A stretch of 32,000 nt of DNA from Aeropyrum pernix K1. Lineage in GTDB: Archaea; Thermoproteota; Thermoprotei_A; Sulfolobales; Acidilobaceae. A model generated the notes under the pieces. The model was not told the DNA's origin. It was given only the letters and a program-made list of their open reading frames with translations, and ran no database searches. The stretch spans positions 1,140,001-1,172,000 of the forward strand of contig NC_000854.2 of assembly GCF_000011125.1 (NCBI RefSeq). Direction: 5' to 3'. A program made the translations under genes and the position numbers. Of the stretch, positions 16,264 through 24,433 are shown one piece after another (within the stretch, counting starts at the first letter, position 1; every line of letters starts with the position of its first letter).

Positions 16264-18243
16264 ATGCCAGGTCCTAAGAAGCCCGTTACCCCTGAGGACA
16301 TTATTCGGCTCACGTTTGTCTCAAACCCTAGTGTAAGTCCTGAGGGCGACAAGGTCGCCTATTTAGCTACTAAGGCTGACGAGAAAGAGAACACCTACCG
16401 GTCGGGTATATGGCTAGCGGAGGAGGACTCTTACAGGCCGCTTACAGGGGGGCCTTACGATAGGTGTCCCGCGTGGAGCCCGGACGGCGAAATCATAGCG
16501 TTTTCCCGGACCGTCAATTCTAATCAGCGTAAAAGACACTATATCGCTATCGTGAGCCCGAAGGGCGGAGAACCCCAGGTCCTCCACGAATCAGTATCTC
16601 CAGCTACTAGCATCAAGTGGTCGAGTCAAGGTAGCATGATAGGCTATCTATCTAGGAAGCCTACTGGGAGGGAGTGGAAGCCCTATAGTGAGAGGGATGT
16701 GCTGGAGATCGACCGCATACCCGTATGGTTTGATAGCGAGGGGTGGGTGTTCGACAGGTACTGGGGCTTAACCGTTATCTCGTACCCGGGTGGTGAGGTC
16801 CTGCTGGAGAAGGGAGGTGTTAACTATAATATAGTGGACTTTGACTTCGCTCCCGACGATAACACCATAGTCTACGCAGTTTCTACTGACATGAAAAAAC
16901 CCTTCATACACAAGCTAGTACTATGGGATCTGGCAAGCGGTAGGGAGAAGACGCTTATAGAGGGTCTAACCATAGCGGCTGTCGCCTTCGACCCGAGAGG
17001 GAGGTACATAGCAGTCAAAGCCAACGACAGGAAGAGGGGCCTCTTTTCACACTACAAGATCTTCGTCTATGACCTCAACTCTGAGGAGTTCGTTTGCCTG
17101 ACTTGCGATCTAGACCTTAACACGCTGAACACTGTAAACAGCGACGCCCGTGGTCCGAGCTGTCTGAGAGGCATGTACTGGGATGATAACGGCCACCTCT
17201 ATTACGGAGTCCATAACGCAGGGCGGATGGTGGTTATGAAGAGCAGGCCGCTGGGGGAGGCGGAGGCTGTGCTGGATCCATCTTCAGCCACTGTGGATGA
17301 TTTCAGCATATCCAGGGGCGGCGATACTATAGCCTACGTGAAAATGGGGCCGACGAGCCCTCCCGACATATACATCTACCGAGACGACAATGAGTACAGG
17401 CTCACCGACCATAACGCATGGTTCGCAGAGTCCAGGAGTCTCGCCGAGCCGGTGAGGCTTCAGGTGCAAAGCCCGCTAGGGGGTAGTATAGACGCCTGGA
17501 TTCTACTCCCCCCCGATGCAGGTGAATGCAGCGGATGCTTGCCTTGGATTCTCTATATACATGGGGGGCCTAAGACGAGCTACGGCTACGCCTTCATACA
17601 CGAGTTCCAAATGCTAGCCTCTCAGGGCTTTGCGGTGATTTACTCGAACCCCAGGGGGAGTGACGGTTACAGCGAGGAGTTCGCCGATCTAAGGGGTAGA
17701 TACGGTGTTGACGATTACTCTGAGCTTATGAAGGTTGTTGACGAGGCCCTCTCGGACTTCCCACAGCTTGACCCGCAGAGGGGTGGTGTAACGGGGGGGA
17801 GCTACGGGGGCTACATGACCAACGTTATAGTAACCAAAACTAGAAGGTTCAAGGCGGCCGTCACACAGAGGAGCTGCAGCAACTGGATAAGCTTCTATGG
17901 CGAGAGCGACATAGGATGGTATTTCGCCCCGGAACTTATCTCCGCGCAAGAACCATGGAGAGACCTCGAGAAATACGTTGACTTTAGCCCGCTCTTCTCT
18001 GTTGAGAATATTGAGACACCACTGCTTATAATACACTCCACAGAGGACTTTAGATGCCCCCTCAGCGGTGCTATTCAACTCTTCACCGCTCTAAAGCTGA
18101 AGGGTGTGGAGACCAGGCTTCTAGTGTTTCCAGGTGAGAACCATAACCTCTCCCGAAGCGGAACTCCTAAGAGGCGGGTGGCAAGGCTTAGGGCGATAGC
18201 CTCCTGGTTCAAGGAACACCTAGGCAGCCAGCAGAGAGGCTGA
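16264..18243 (+). CDS. S9 family serine peptidase (acylaminoacyl-peptidase / prolyl oligopeptidase-like)
   Basis: It has a beta-propeller-like N-terminal half. The C-terminal alpha/beta hydrolase carries the nucleophile motif GGSYGGYM, YIHGGP and the terminal FPGENHNL. Confidence 0.88.
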   Translation: MPGPKKPVTPEDIIRLTFVSNPSVSPEGDKVAYLATKADEKENTYRSGIWLAEEDSYRPLTGGPYDRCPAWSPDGEIIAFSRTVNSNQRKRHYIAIVSPKGGEPQVLHESVSPATSIKWSSQGSMIGYLSRKPTGREWKPYSERDVLEIDRIPVWFDSEGWVFDRYWGLTVISYPGGEVLLEKGGVNYNIVDFDFAPDDNTIVYAVSTDMKKPFIHKLVLWDLASGREKTLIEGLTIAAVAFDPRGRYIAVKANDRKRGLFSHYKIFVYDLNSEEFVCLTCDLDLNTLNTVNSDARGPSCLRGMYWDDNGHLYYGVHNAGRMVVMKSRPLGEAEAVLDPSSATVDDFSISRGGDTIAYVKMGPTSPPDIYIYRDDNEYRLTDHNAWFAESRSLAEPVRLQVQSPLGGSIDAWILLPPDAGECSGCLPWILYIHGGPKTSYGYAFIHEFQMLASQGFAVIYSNPRGSDGYSEEFADLRGRYGVDDYSELMKVVDEALSDFPQLDPQRGGVTGGSYGGYMTNVIVTKTRRFKAAVTQRSCSNWISFYGESDIGWYFAPELISAQEPWRDLEKYVDFSPLFSVENIETPLLIIHSTEDFRCPLSGAIQLFTALKLKGVETRLLVFPGENHNLSRSGTPKRRVARLRAIASWFKEHLGSQQRG

Positions 18244-18300
18244 ACCACCGTCAAGCAGCTCTTATCTAATATAGGTTTCGATAATAAACCGTACAGTAGG

Positions 18301-18597
18301 GTGTACAGCGTAGTGTCGATAGAGCCGCAGAAGCCTAACACCATCCTTGTGGGCAGGAAACCTACTATAAACTATGTGATGGCGGCCCTGAAGCTTTTAA
18401 ACGAGGAGGGTGCTCCCGAGGTAGTGATAAAAGCTAGAGGGAGGAACATCTGTAACGCTGTTGACACGGTTGAGATGCTCAAAAACTTATTCATAAAAAA
18501 CCTTGTGATAAAGAAGGTCAACATCTACAGTGAAAGCCTAGACAGCGAGGGGAAGAAGAAGGTTTCTGCTATTGAAATTGTAGTTGCTAAAGGCTAG
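18301..18597 (+). CDS. Alba (Sac10b family) protein, paralogue 2
   Basis: [17 protein letters not shown]...[24 protein letters not shown] matches the Alba core. GTG start. Confidence 0.9.
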
Positions 18598-18657
18598 GGT
18601 TTTTCCGCGAAGAACACCACATGTAGCTCCGCTACCGCCCCCGCATGAGCCACAGAC

Positions 18658-19626
18658 GTGCTTGACCTGGAGTGGACGGCTCTGGGGTGGCTGTTGTTGG
18701 AGGGGCCAGAGCAGTGGGTTATAGTGGGGGGGTGGGGCTCCGCGTCGGCAGAGTTCTCGGAGGGGCTCTCCAGGAATATGGGGCTAAAACTCGTCAAACC
18801 TGTGTTCAAACTGTTTCCCGACGAAGAGGAGTATGTCAGGATAGAAGGAGATATCAGTGGTTTTACGGGGGCCATTGTTGTGCAGTCTTTCGAGAGGCCC
18901 GCCTCCAGAAGCCTAGTCTACTCGCTCCTTATAGCAGATGCTCTCAAGGAGGCTGGAGTAGGTAGGATAGTGCTTATGGCTCCTTACATGGGGTACACAA
19001 GGCAGGACCGTGTTTTCCTGCCTGGCGAGCCCGTTAGTGTTAGAGCAGTCATGAGGGCCCTTGCTTCGTCGGGGTACAATGCTCTGGCTTCTATAGAAGT
19101 CCATAAGGAGTACGTTCTAGACTACTTTGACGGCAGCACACTCAACATATTCCCCTTCACCTACATGCTTAAGGAGACGGGTATTTCATGCGGGGACAAT
19201 ACCATTATTGTCGCCCCGGATAAAGGCTCTCTCCCCCGTGTTGAGAGGCTCGCCCGGGAGACAGGGTGTAGGAGCTACGGATACCTTGTTAAGGAAAGGG
19301 ACAGGATTACTGGGGAGGTACGGCTAGCGAAGTCTACTGTCGATCCCCGTGGCAAGAACGCTATAGTGGTGGACGATATAATAAGTACCGGGGGGACCAT
19401 AGCCCTTGCATCCCAGTGGCTTCTCGAGAACGGCGCAAACAGTGTTTTCGTGCTTGCAGCACACTATCTAGGCATTGGCAACGCCGAGGAAAAAATGATG
19501 AAAGCTGGAGTATCGAGAGTGGTCACCGGGAACACCCTACCCCGTAAGCCCTCGAAAATAGTTACGTATGTAGATCTAACGGGCCTTGCAGCAGGCCAGC
19601 TGACAAAGCTGGTGTCAAACCTTTGA
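18658..19626 (+). CDS. prs: Ribose-phosphate pyrophosphokinase (PRPP synthetase)
   Basis: Contains FPDEEEYVRI, YMGYTRQDRVF and the PRPP-binding loop VVDDIISTGGT. The exact position of the GTG start is uncertain. Confidence 0.88.
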   Translation: MLDLEWTALGWLLLEGPEQWVIVGGWGSASAEFSEGLSRNMGLKLVKPVFKLFPDEEEYVRIEGDISGFTGAIVVQSFERPASRSLVYSLLIADALKEAGVGRIVLMAPYMGYTRQDRVFLPGEPVSVRAVMRALASSGYNALASIEVHKEYVLDYFDGSTLNIFPFTYMLKETGISCGDNTIIVAPDKGSLPRVERLARETGCRSYGYLVKERDRITGEVRLAKSTVDPRGKNAIVVDDIISTGGTIALASQWLLENGANSVFVLAAHYLGIGNAEEKMMKAGVSRVVTGNTLPRKPSKIVTYVDLTGLAAGQLTKLVSNL

Positions 19627-20678
19627 TGGAAAGGTTCTACGCAATTCTAAGCGGCGAGTCACCCACACTCTCTCTCGAAGAGTTAAAGGCTATTCTAGAC
19701 GTCGAGTCGAGGCTCTATAAGGTTGAAGGCTTTTTGGACGGCCTCGCCATTTTCCACGCCGAGATAGACGATCCCATGTTGATAACGTCGAGAGCTGCTT
19801 TCATAAAAGAGGTCGGCCTCCCATTAGGCCTCTATAGATCATCGGATACCTGCGCTAGCAAGGTAGTGTATGATACCCTGACCTTCCTCGAAGCCTCAGT
19901 ACTCGACGGGGATAAGGAGTTCTGGATCGATGTAGAAACGAGAGGCCCCTACAGACACTCCCTAGATCTAGCTGGACTTCGATCGAGGATAGCCTCTGAG
20001 GCCGGCAAGAAAGGGTTCAAACTTTCAAAGAGGCGGGCAGCACTAAACCTGCGCATCTTCGCAACCGAAGGAGCTATGATGCTTGGAGTCACGCTCTCAA
20101 GGCTAGAAGGTAGGAGCTTCATAGAGAGAAGCCCTGGTAGGCGGCCTTTCTTCAAGCCTGGACCACTCTCTCCGAGGCTTTCAAGGGCTTTCGTAAATCT
20201 ATCGCGACTCCAAAGAGGGGGCAGCTTTGCAGACCCCTTCTGCGGCACGGGAGGCTTCGCTATAGAGGCCTGCCTGCTGGGCGCGTCGAGGATAGCCTGT
20301 GGTGATCTTGACTGGGCAATGGTTAGGGGCGGCCCCCTAAACCTATCTCGATATTGCCCCCCGGGGATTTGGTTCTATTCCGCTTGGAACGCGGCAAAGC
20401 TACCCCTCTCCAGCAATAGCGTCGACTCCATAGCCACAGACCCTCCATATGGAAGGTCCACAACAACCGGTAGAATGGGGTATCTAAGCCTCACGAGAGC
20501 TTTTCTTAACACTGCTGTTGAGGTCCTCAGAAGTGAGGGCTGGATCGTATATGCCGGTCCCACCAGAATGTCGCCCGAGACGCTGGCGGAGGATGCTGGC
20601 CTAAGAGTCGTTAAGGTGATAGAGATGTTTGTCCACGGTAGTCTGACGAGGAGCATAGTGGTGGCCAGGTTTGGGTAG
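19626..20678 (+). CDS. THUMP-domain tRNA (guanine-N2)-methyltransferase (archaeal Trm-G10 / Trm11 family)
   Basis: An N-terminal THUMP-like region precedes the SAM motif I DPFCGTGGFAIEA and catalytic motif IV ATDPPYG. The ATG at 19626 overlaps the prs stop (TGATG). Confidence 0.8.
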   Translation: MERFYAILSGESPTLSLEELKAILDVESRLYKVEGFLDGLAIFHAEIDDPMLITSRAAFIKEVGLPLGLYRSSDTCASKVVYDTLTFLEASVLDGDKEFWIDVETRGPYRHSLDLAGLRSRIASEAGKKGFKLSKRRAALNLRIFATEGAMMLGVTLSRLEGRSFIERSPGRRPFFKPGPLSPRLSRAFVNLSRLQRGGSFADPFCGTGGFAIEACLLGASRIACGDLDWAMVRGGPLNLSRYCPPGIWFYSAWNAAKLPLSSNSVDSIATDPPYGRSTTTGRMGYLSLTRAFLNTAVEVLRSEGWIVYAGPTRMSPETLAEDAGLRVVKVIEMFVHGSLTRSIVVARFG

Positions 20679-21603
20679 AATAGACATTACCATATTAGGT
20701 AGTGGTAGCGCCGTTCCCTCGCTGCACCGCTGGCACCCCTCGATACTTGTTAAAGATTGGATGGGCAATACCGTGTTGTTGGATGCAGGGGAAGGAGTTC
20801 AGATAAGGCTCAGAAAGGTGGGAGTAAGCCCCTCGAGCATAGACGTCCTGGCTATAACGCACCCCCACGGCGACCATATAAACGGCGTAGCAGGGCTTCT
20901 CATGACCATGTCTCTCCAATCTAGGAGAAAGCCGTTGACTATAATCTCGACCTCCGAATCACTGGAGTTCATAAGCGAGACGCTAGAGGCCACCCGAGAG
21001 AATCTAGGTTTCGAGGTGATGCTCGTGGATGCGAGGGAGAGTGGGGTATTGGATGTGGGCCGCCCCTCTGGAGACCGCCTCACTATAGAGTGGGAGAGAG
21101 CATGCCACAACATAGAATCCCTAGCATTCAAGCTAGTATGGACACTCAGGCCACGTATAGACGCCAGGATCCTTGAGAGGTTAGACCTCAAGGCGGGGCC
21201 TTGGATAAGGGAGCTCATAGAGAAGGGGCGGGCGCATGTAGAGGGTAGAATTGTCACCCTTAAAGACATCTCAGCCTCAGGGGAGAGGAAATACTCTGTA
21301 GCATACACCGGAGACACGTCTCCCTGCACTAGAGTAGCTAAGTTTCTCCACGGCTCGGATATACTGATACACGACTCAACTTTAGACTCCAGCTTAGCTA
21401 GAGAAGCTGCCGAGAGGGGGCACTCGACATCGCTGGATGCGGCCAGAAACGCTCTCACTTCTGGGGCAAAGCTGCTCATACTCTTCCACGTAAGCAGCAG
21501 GTACAGCGGGTACGAGGCCAGGTTGCTGTTGAAAGAGGCGAGAAGAGTGTTCCCCAACACGGTGCTCTCATGGGATGGAATGAAGCTCTCGATAACAATC
21601 TAG
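20671..21603 (+). CDS. rnz: Ribonuclease Z (tRNA 3' endonuclease, metallo-beta-lactamase fold)
   Basis: Contains ITILGSGSAVPS..., LLDAGEG, the His motif ITHPHGDHINGVAGLL and the C-terminal HVSSRY. The TTG start overlaps the preceding gene by 8 nt. Confidence 0.85.
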   Translation: MGRIDITILGSGSAVPSLHRWHPSILVKDWMGNTVLLDAGEGVQIRLRKVGVSPSSIDVLAITHPHGDHINGVAGLLMTMSLQSRRKPLTIISTSESLEFISETLEATRENLGFEVMLVDARESGVLDVGRPSGDRLTIEWERACHNIESLAFKLVWTLRPRIDARILERLDLKAGPWIRELIEKGRAHVEGRIVTLKDISASGERKYSVAYTGDTSPCTRVAKFLHGSDILIHDSTLDSSLAREAAERGHSTSLDAARNALTSGAKLLILFHVSSRYSGYEARLLLKEARRVFPNTVLSWDGMKLSITI

Positions 21604-21619
21604 AGAATGGCGGACGGCA

Positions 21620-21734
<115 letters not shown>

Positions 21735-21796
21735 TGGCCGTCTATCGTGTTCTATACAACTAGGGGGTAAAAAGTTTGAAACGTAGCTGACGGGCT

Positions 21797-22204
21797 CTAC
21801 TCAAGCTCGCCCACTTCCTCCTTGTAACGCTTTAGCACCTCGGTTATGCTTGAAGCCGTTATTATTCCCACTAGCTTTCCCTCCTGGTCTACAACAGGTA
21901 AATGCCTAACCCTATGCTCTATCATTAGAGCTAGAGCCTTTGTGAGGGATTCGTTGTCCCTGACCGCCACAGGGTTCCTCGTCATATACTCCTCTACAGG
22001 GGCGTCTAAGTCACCGCCTGTGGCGACAACCCTCACTACATCACGCTCGGTAAAAATTCCTATAGGCCTGTTGTCCTGGTCTACAACCACAGCTGCACTC
22101 TTACCTTGCGTATACATCATTTTCACAACTTCTCTTACGGGAGTTTGGGGTGCTGCTGTGAGGGGCTTGACTGCCGCATCGATAGACTTATAAGCCGAGT
22201 ACAA
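21797..22204 (-). CDS. CBS domain-pair protein
   Basis: The 135-aa ORF has two CBS repeats (GIFTERDVVRVV and HRVRHLPVVDQEGKLVGIITASSI). Confidence 0.9.
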   Translation of the reverse strand: MYSAYKSIDAAVKPLTAAPQTPVREVVKMMYTQGKSAAVVVDQDNRPIGIFTERDVVRVVATGGDLDAPVEEYMTRNPVAVRDNESLTKALALMIEHRVRHLPVVDQEGKLVGIITASSITEVLKRYKEEVGELE

Positions 22205-22320
22205 TGTTGGACACCACCAACTTAATATTAAAGCCGTGAAATATATTTCCCAAATATTTATAGGTATGTTGGCATTACCCCAACCAGGTTAAATACGGTC
22301 TATACGGTTCGGACTGTGCT

Positions 22321-23478
22321 ATGCACGCTAAAATCGTGGAAAAGGCTATTCTGAGAGTGGTGTTAGAAATAGGCCTTCCACCTCTGCACGTGGGCTTTAT
22401 AATGGCTTACTCGCTTCTCGCTGCATCTCTAAGCATATTTCTAGGCTTAGCCCTAGCTGAGTTTGACGTTGTAGCCCATGCAGTGCTCGCAGGATACTAC
22501 GCTGGCTTATTCTTCCCCATGTCCGTGTACACTAACTTCTTCACCGCAGCGGCGTCGGGCGCACCGCGGCCTGCAAAAGAGTATCTACCTCTTCTCCTAG
22601 CCTTCATCCTAGCTGCTGTAGCACCTCTGCACGGCTCCACCTCCACACTGGCAACACTGTTCCTGCTCTCACAAGCGTTTCTCCTATATTATATGGCGCT
22701 TCAAGCGGGGAGATTTCGGAGAGACGCTCTGGCCAGGTTTTCTGCTTTGGCTCCCCCAATCTCTGGTACCGGAGCGTCACTAATTCTCCTATCGTCCAGC
22801 CAGCTGGGGTTCCTAGACGCCCTCATGTCTCTTACACTCGCGTTCTCCACGCCTGTACCCCTCTTGATGGCGCCTATGGCAATTGGAGCATCGATCTACG
22901 GTCTAGGGCCTGCGCGGGGTAAGGAGGCTATCATAAGGCTATCTCCAGCCCTCACTGCGATCCCCGCCTCAATACTCTCAGTGCTAACCCTCTCTATCAA
23001 CCCCTACCTATTGCCCCTATCACTATACCTGGTTGTCATGAGACCCTGGAGGATCGTTTCTGAGCTTATCTCGGTGCGTAGACCTAAACCGCCGCAACTC
23101 TACTTGCTCTCCGTGCACGCAGCCACGCTTGCAGCCATAGTCTCATCCCTCATTCTAGCTAGTAACAGCAACATCGTAGAAGCAGGCCATGCCATAATGA
23201 TAGGTGTTATAGCGCCGCACGCACTTCTACACTCCATAGTTCGAGGGGGAGAAATACCTTTCACCAGGAGGCCGAGGTCATGGACTCCTATACCCCCTCT
23301 ACTGCTGGCAGCATCAACCCCCCTCAGATTCGCCAGTAAAGAAGCCTCATTAGCCCTGGCTCTCCTAGCTCTCTCGATACATGTTGCATCGATCCTAGAC
23401 CCGCACCCCAGGAACATAATTCCAAGAGCTTTCAGGGTTGAAGGAGGTAAACAACAATCCGCCACCACGGGAGGTTGA
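22321..23478 (+). CDS. Polytopic membrane protein (about 10 TM), no family recognised
   Basis: The 385-aa Ala/Leu/Ser/Pro-rich ORF has many hydrophobic helices and an ATG start. An AT-rich TATA-containing region lies upstream (22205-22320). Confidence 0.6.
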   Translation: MHAKIVEKAILRVVLEIGLPPLHVGFIMAYSLLAASLSIFLGLALAEFDVVAHAVLAGYYAGLFFPMSVYTNFFTAAASGAPRPAKEYLPLLLAFILAAVAPLHGSTSTLATLFLLSQAFLLYYMALQAGRFRRDALARFSALAPPISGTGASLILLSSSQLGFLDALMSLTLAFSTPVPLLMAPMAIGASIYGLGPARGKEAIIRLSPALTAIPASILSVLTLSINPYLLPLSLYLVVMRPWRIVSELISVRRPKPPQLYLLSVHAATLAAIVSSLILASNSNIVEAGHAIMIGVIAPHALLHSIVRGGEIPFTRRPRSWTPIPPLLLAASTPLRFASKEASLALALLALSIHVASILDPHPRNIIPRAFRVEGGKQQSATTGG

Positions 23479-23491
23479 AACCCTGTAATGT

Positions 23492-23580
23492 TGGCGCCGG
23501 GGGCGGGATTCGAACCCGCGCGCCCCTCGCGGGGCAACGGGTCTCCAGCCCGTCCCCTTGGACCGCTCGGGCACCCCGGC
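23492..23580 (-). tRNA. tRNA-Ser (anticodon GGA), class II with a long variable arm; CCA encoded
   Basis: The minus strand shows acceptor GCCGGGG/CCCCGGC and anticodon arm ACGGG-CTGGAGA-CCCGT. The variable arm is CCCC-GCGA-GGGG, the T arm is GCGGG-TTCGAAT-CCCGC, and the discriminator is G, followed by CCA. Confidence 0.92.
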
Positions 23581-23606
23581 ACCTATGCAATACACGTGCT
23601 ATGGCC

Positions 23607-23616
23607 GTTATAAAGA
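23607..23616 (-). promoter_or_regulatory. TATA box for tRNA-Ser
   Basis: The minus strand reads TCTTTATAAC, centred about 30 nt upstream of the tRNA 5' end (23580). Confidence 0.5.
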
Positions 23617-23786
23617 TCTACACTGTGAGAGGGTAAAACCGTTAGAAGCTGGAGCCCCCAGGAGCTGGGCGTGGTGAAAGACCAGGTTCGGAAGGTTGCG
23701 TATAGTAAATGTATAGGTAAGTGTTAAGGCGGAGGCGCTTTAGTAGAGCGGGAGCTGGCCTGGCATGTTATCAGTGTCTTCTCTAT

Positions 23787-24101
23787 TCATCCGGTCATCT
23801 GCTTTATCTCTATGTAGACGTCTTCAGGCACTTTGATCCGCATTAGATGCCTTAGAACCCTCTCGTCCGCTTCTAGGTCTATAAGCCTTTTGTGAACCTT
23901 CATCTCCCAGTGCTCCCAGTATTTACTGCCTTCCCCATGGGGTAGCCTGAACACGGGGACCTCAAGCCTCTTAACCGGCAATGGTACTGGGCCTCTCATT
24001 CTTATCCCAGTTTTATTGGCTATATTCCTTATCTGCTCAACAACGTTTTCTAGGCTCCTGACGTTAGTGCTCCACAACCATATCCTTAGTTTGAACGCCA
24101 T
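23787..24101 (-). CDS. rps10: Ribosomal protein S10 (uS10)
   Basis: The 104-aa sequence [16 protein letters not shown]...RMRGPVPLP...HKRLIDL is a clear uS10 match. Confidence 0.97.
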
Positions 24102-24140
24102 TACCCGGAAACACCCTCACTCTAATGAGATTAGCGAATG

Positions 24141-24150
24141 GCTATAAATC
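24141..24150 (-). promoter_or_regulatory. TATA-like box for rps10 (own promoter)
   Basis: The minus strand reads GATTTATAGC about 45 nt upstream of the rps10 ATG. The SD-like GAGGGTG lies 10-15 nt before the ATG. Confidence 0.45.
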
Positions 24151-24243
24151 TCCCGAGCTGCGTACGAGTGCCCGGCACATCTAGAAAACCTTAATCCTTC
24201 TAGGTGCTTAAGCCACCTTTTCTAACCAGCGGAACTGTAACGA

Positions 24244-24256
24244 AGGGAAAGCCCGG
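24244..24256. repeat. Copy 1 of an exact 13-nt direct repeat, AGGGAAAGCCCGG
   Basis: An identical 13-mer occurs at 24351-24363. Both copies overlap a 5-bp GC hairpin. Confidence 0.9.
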
Positions 24257-24344
24257 AACCCAGGAAAGTGTAGGGCCCCGTGTCTCATCTAAGTCAAACA
24301 TCATCTCTAGACTTGCAGAATACTTCGGCTAGAGTGGTGAGCCT

Positions 24345-24375
24345 AAAAACAGGGAAAGCCCGGGTTTAATCCGGG
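24345..24375 (-). terminator. Hairpin plus T5 downstream of tuf (candidate terminator)
   Basis: The minus strand reads CCCGG-ATTAAAC-CCGGG, then GCTTTCCCTG, then TTTTT. It lies 60-90 nt after the tuf stop. A TTTT tract also sits at 24424-24427. Confidence 0.35.
24351..24363. repeat. Copy 2 of an exact 13-nt direct repeat, AGGGAAAGCCCGG
   Basis: It is identical to 24244-24256, and the two copies start 107 nt apart. Confidence 0.9.
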
Positions 24376-24433
24376 GTTTAAGGAGGATAGTATTGTTTAG
24401 GGTTTGAGGTTATGTTATGGTAAAACCGGTTTG

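Noticed and set aside
24170-24400. A full RNase P RNA (or SRP RNA) gene in the tuf-rps10 spacer, suggested by the GGGAAAGCCCGG motif resembling CR-I.
   Set aside because: The interior between the two motif copies is not GC-rich and shows no strong nested helices, unlike structural RNAs of hyperthermophiles (compare the tRNAs here). The universally conserved bulged U of P4 is not reproduced. The SRP helix-8 motif (GGUCCGGAAGGAAGCAGC-like) is absent on both strands. I kept it only as a hypothesis to test inside the spacer finding.
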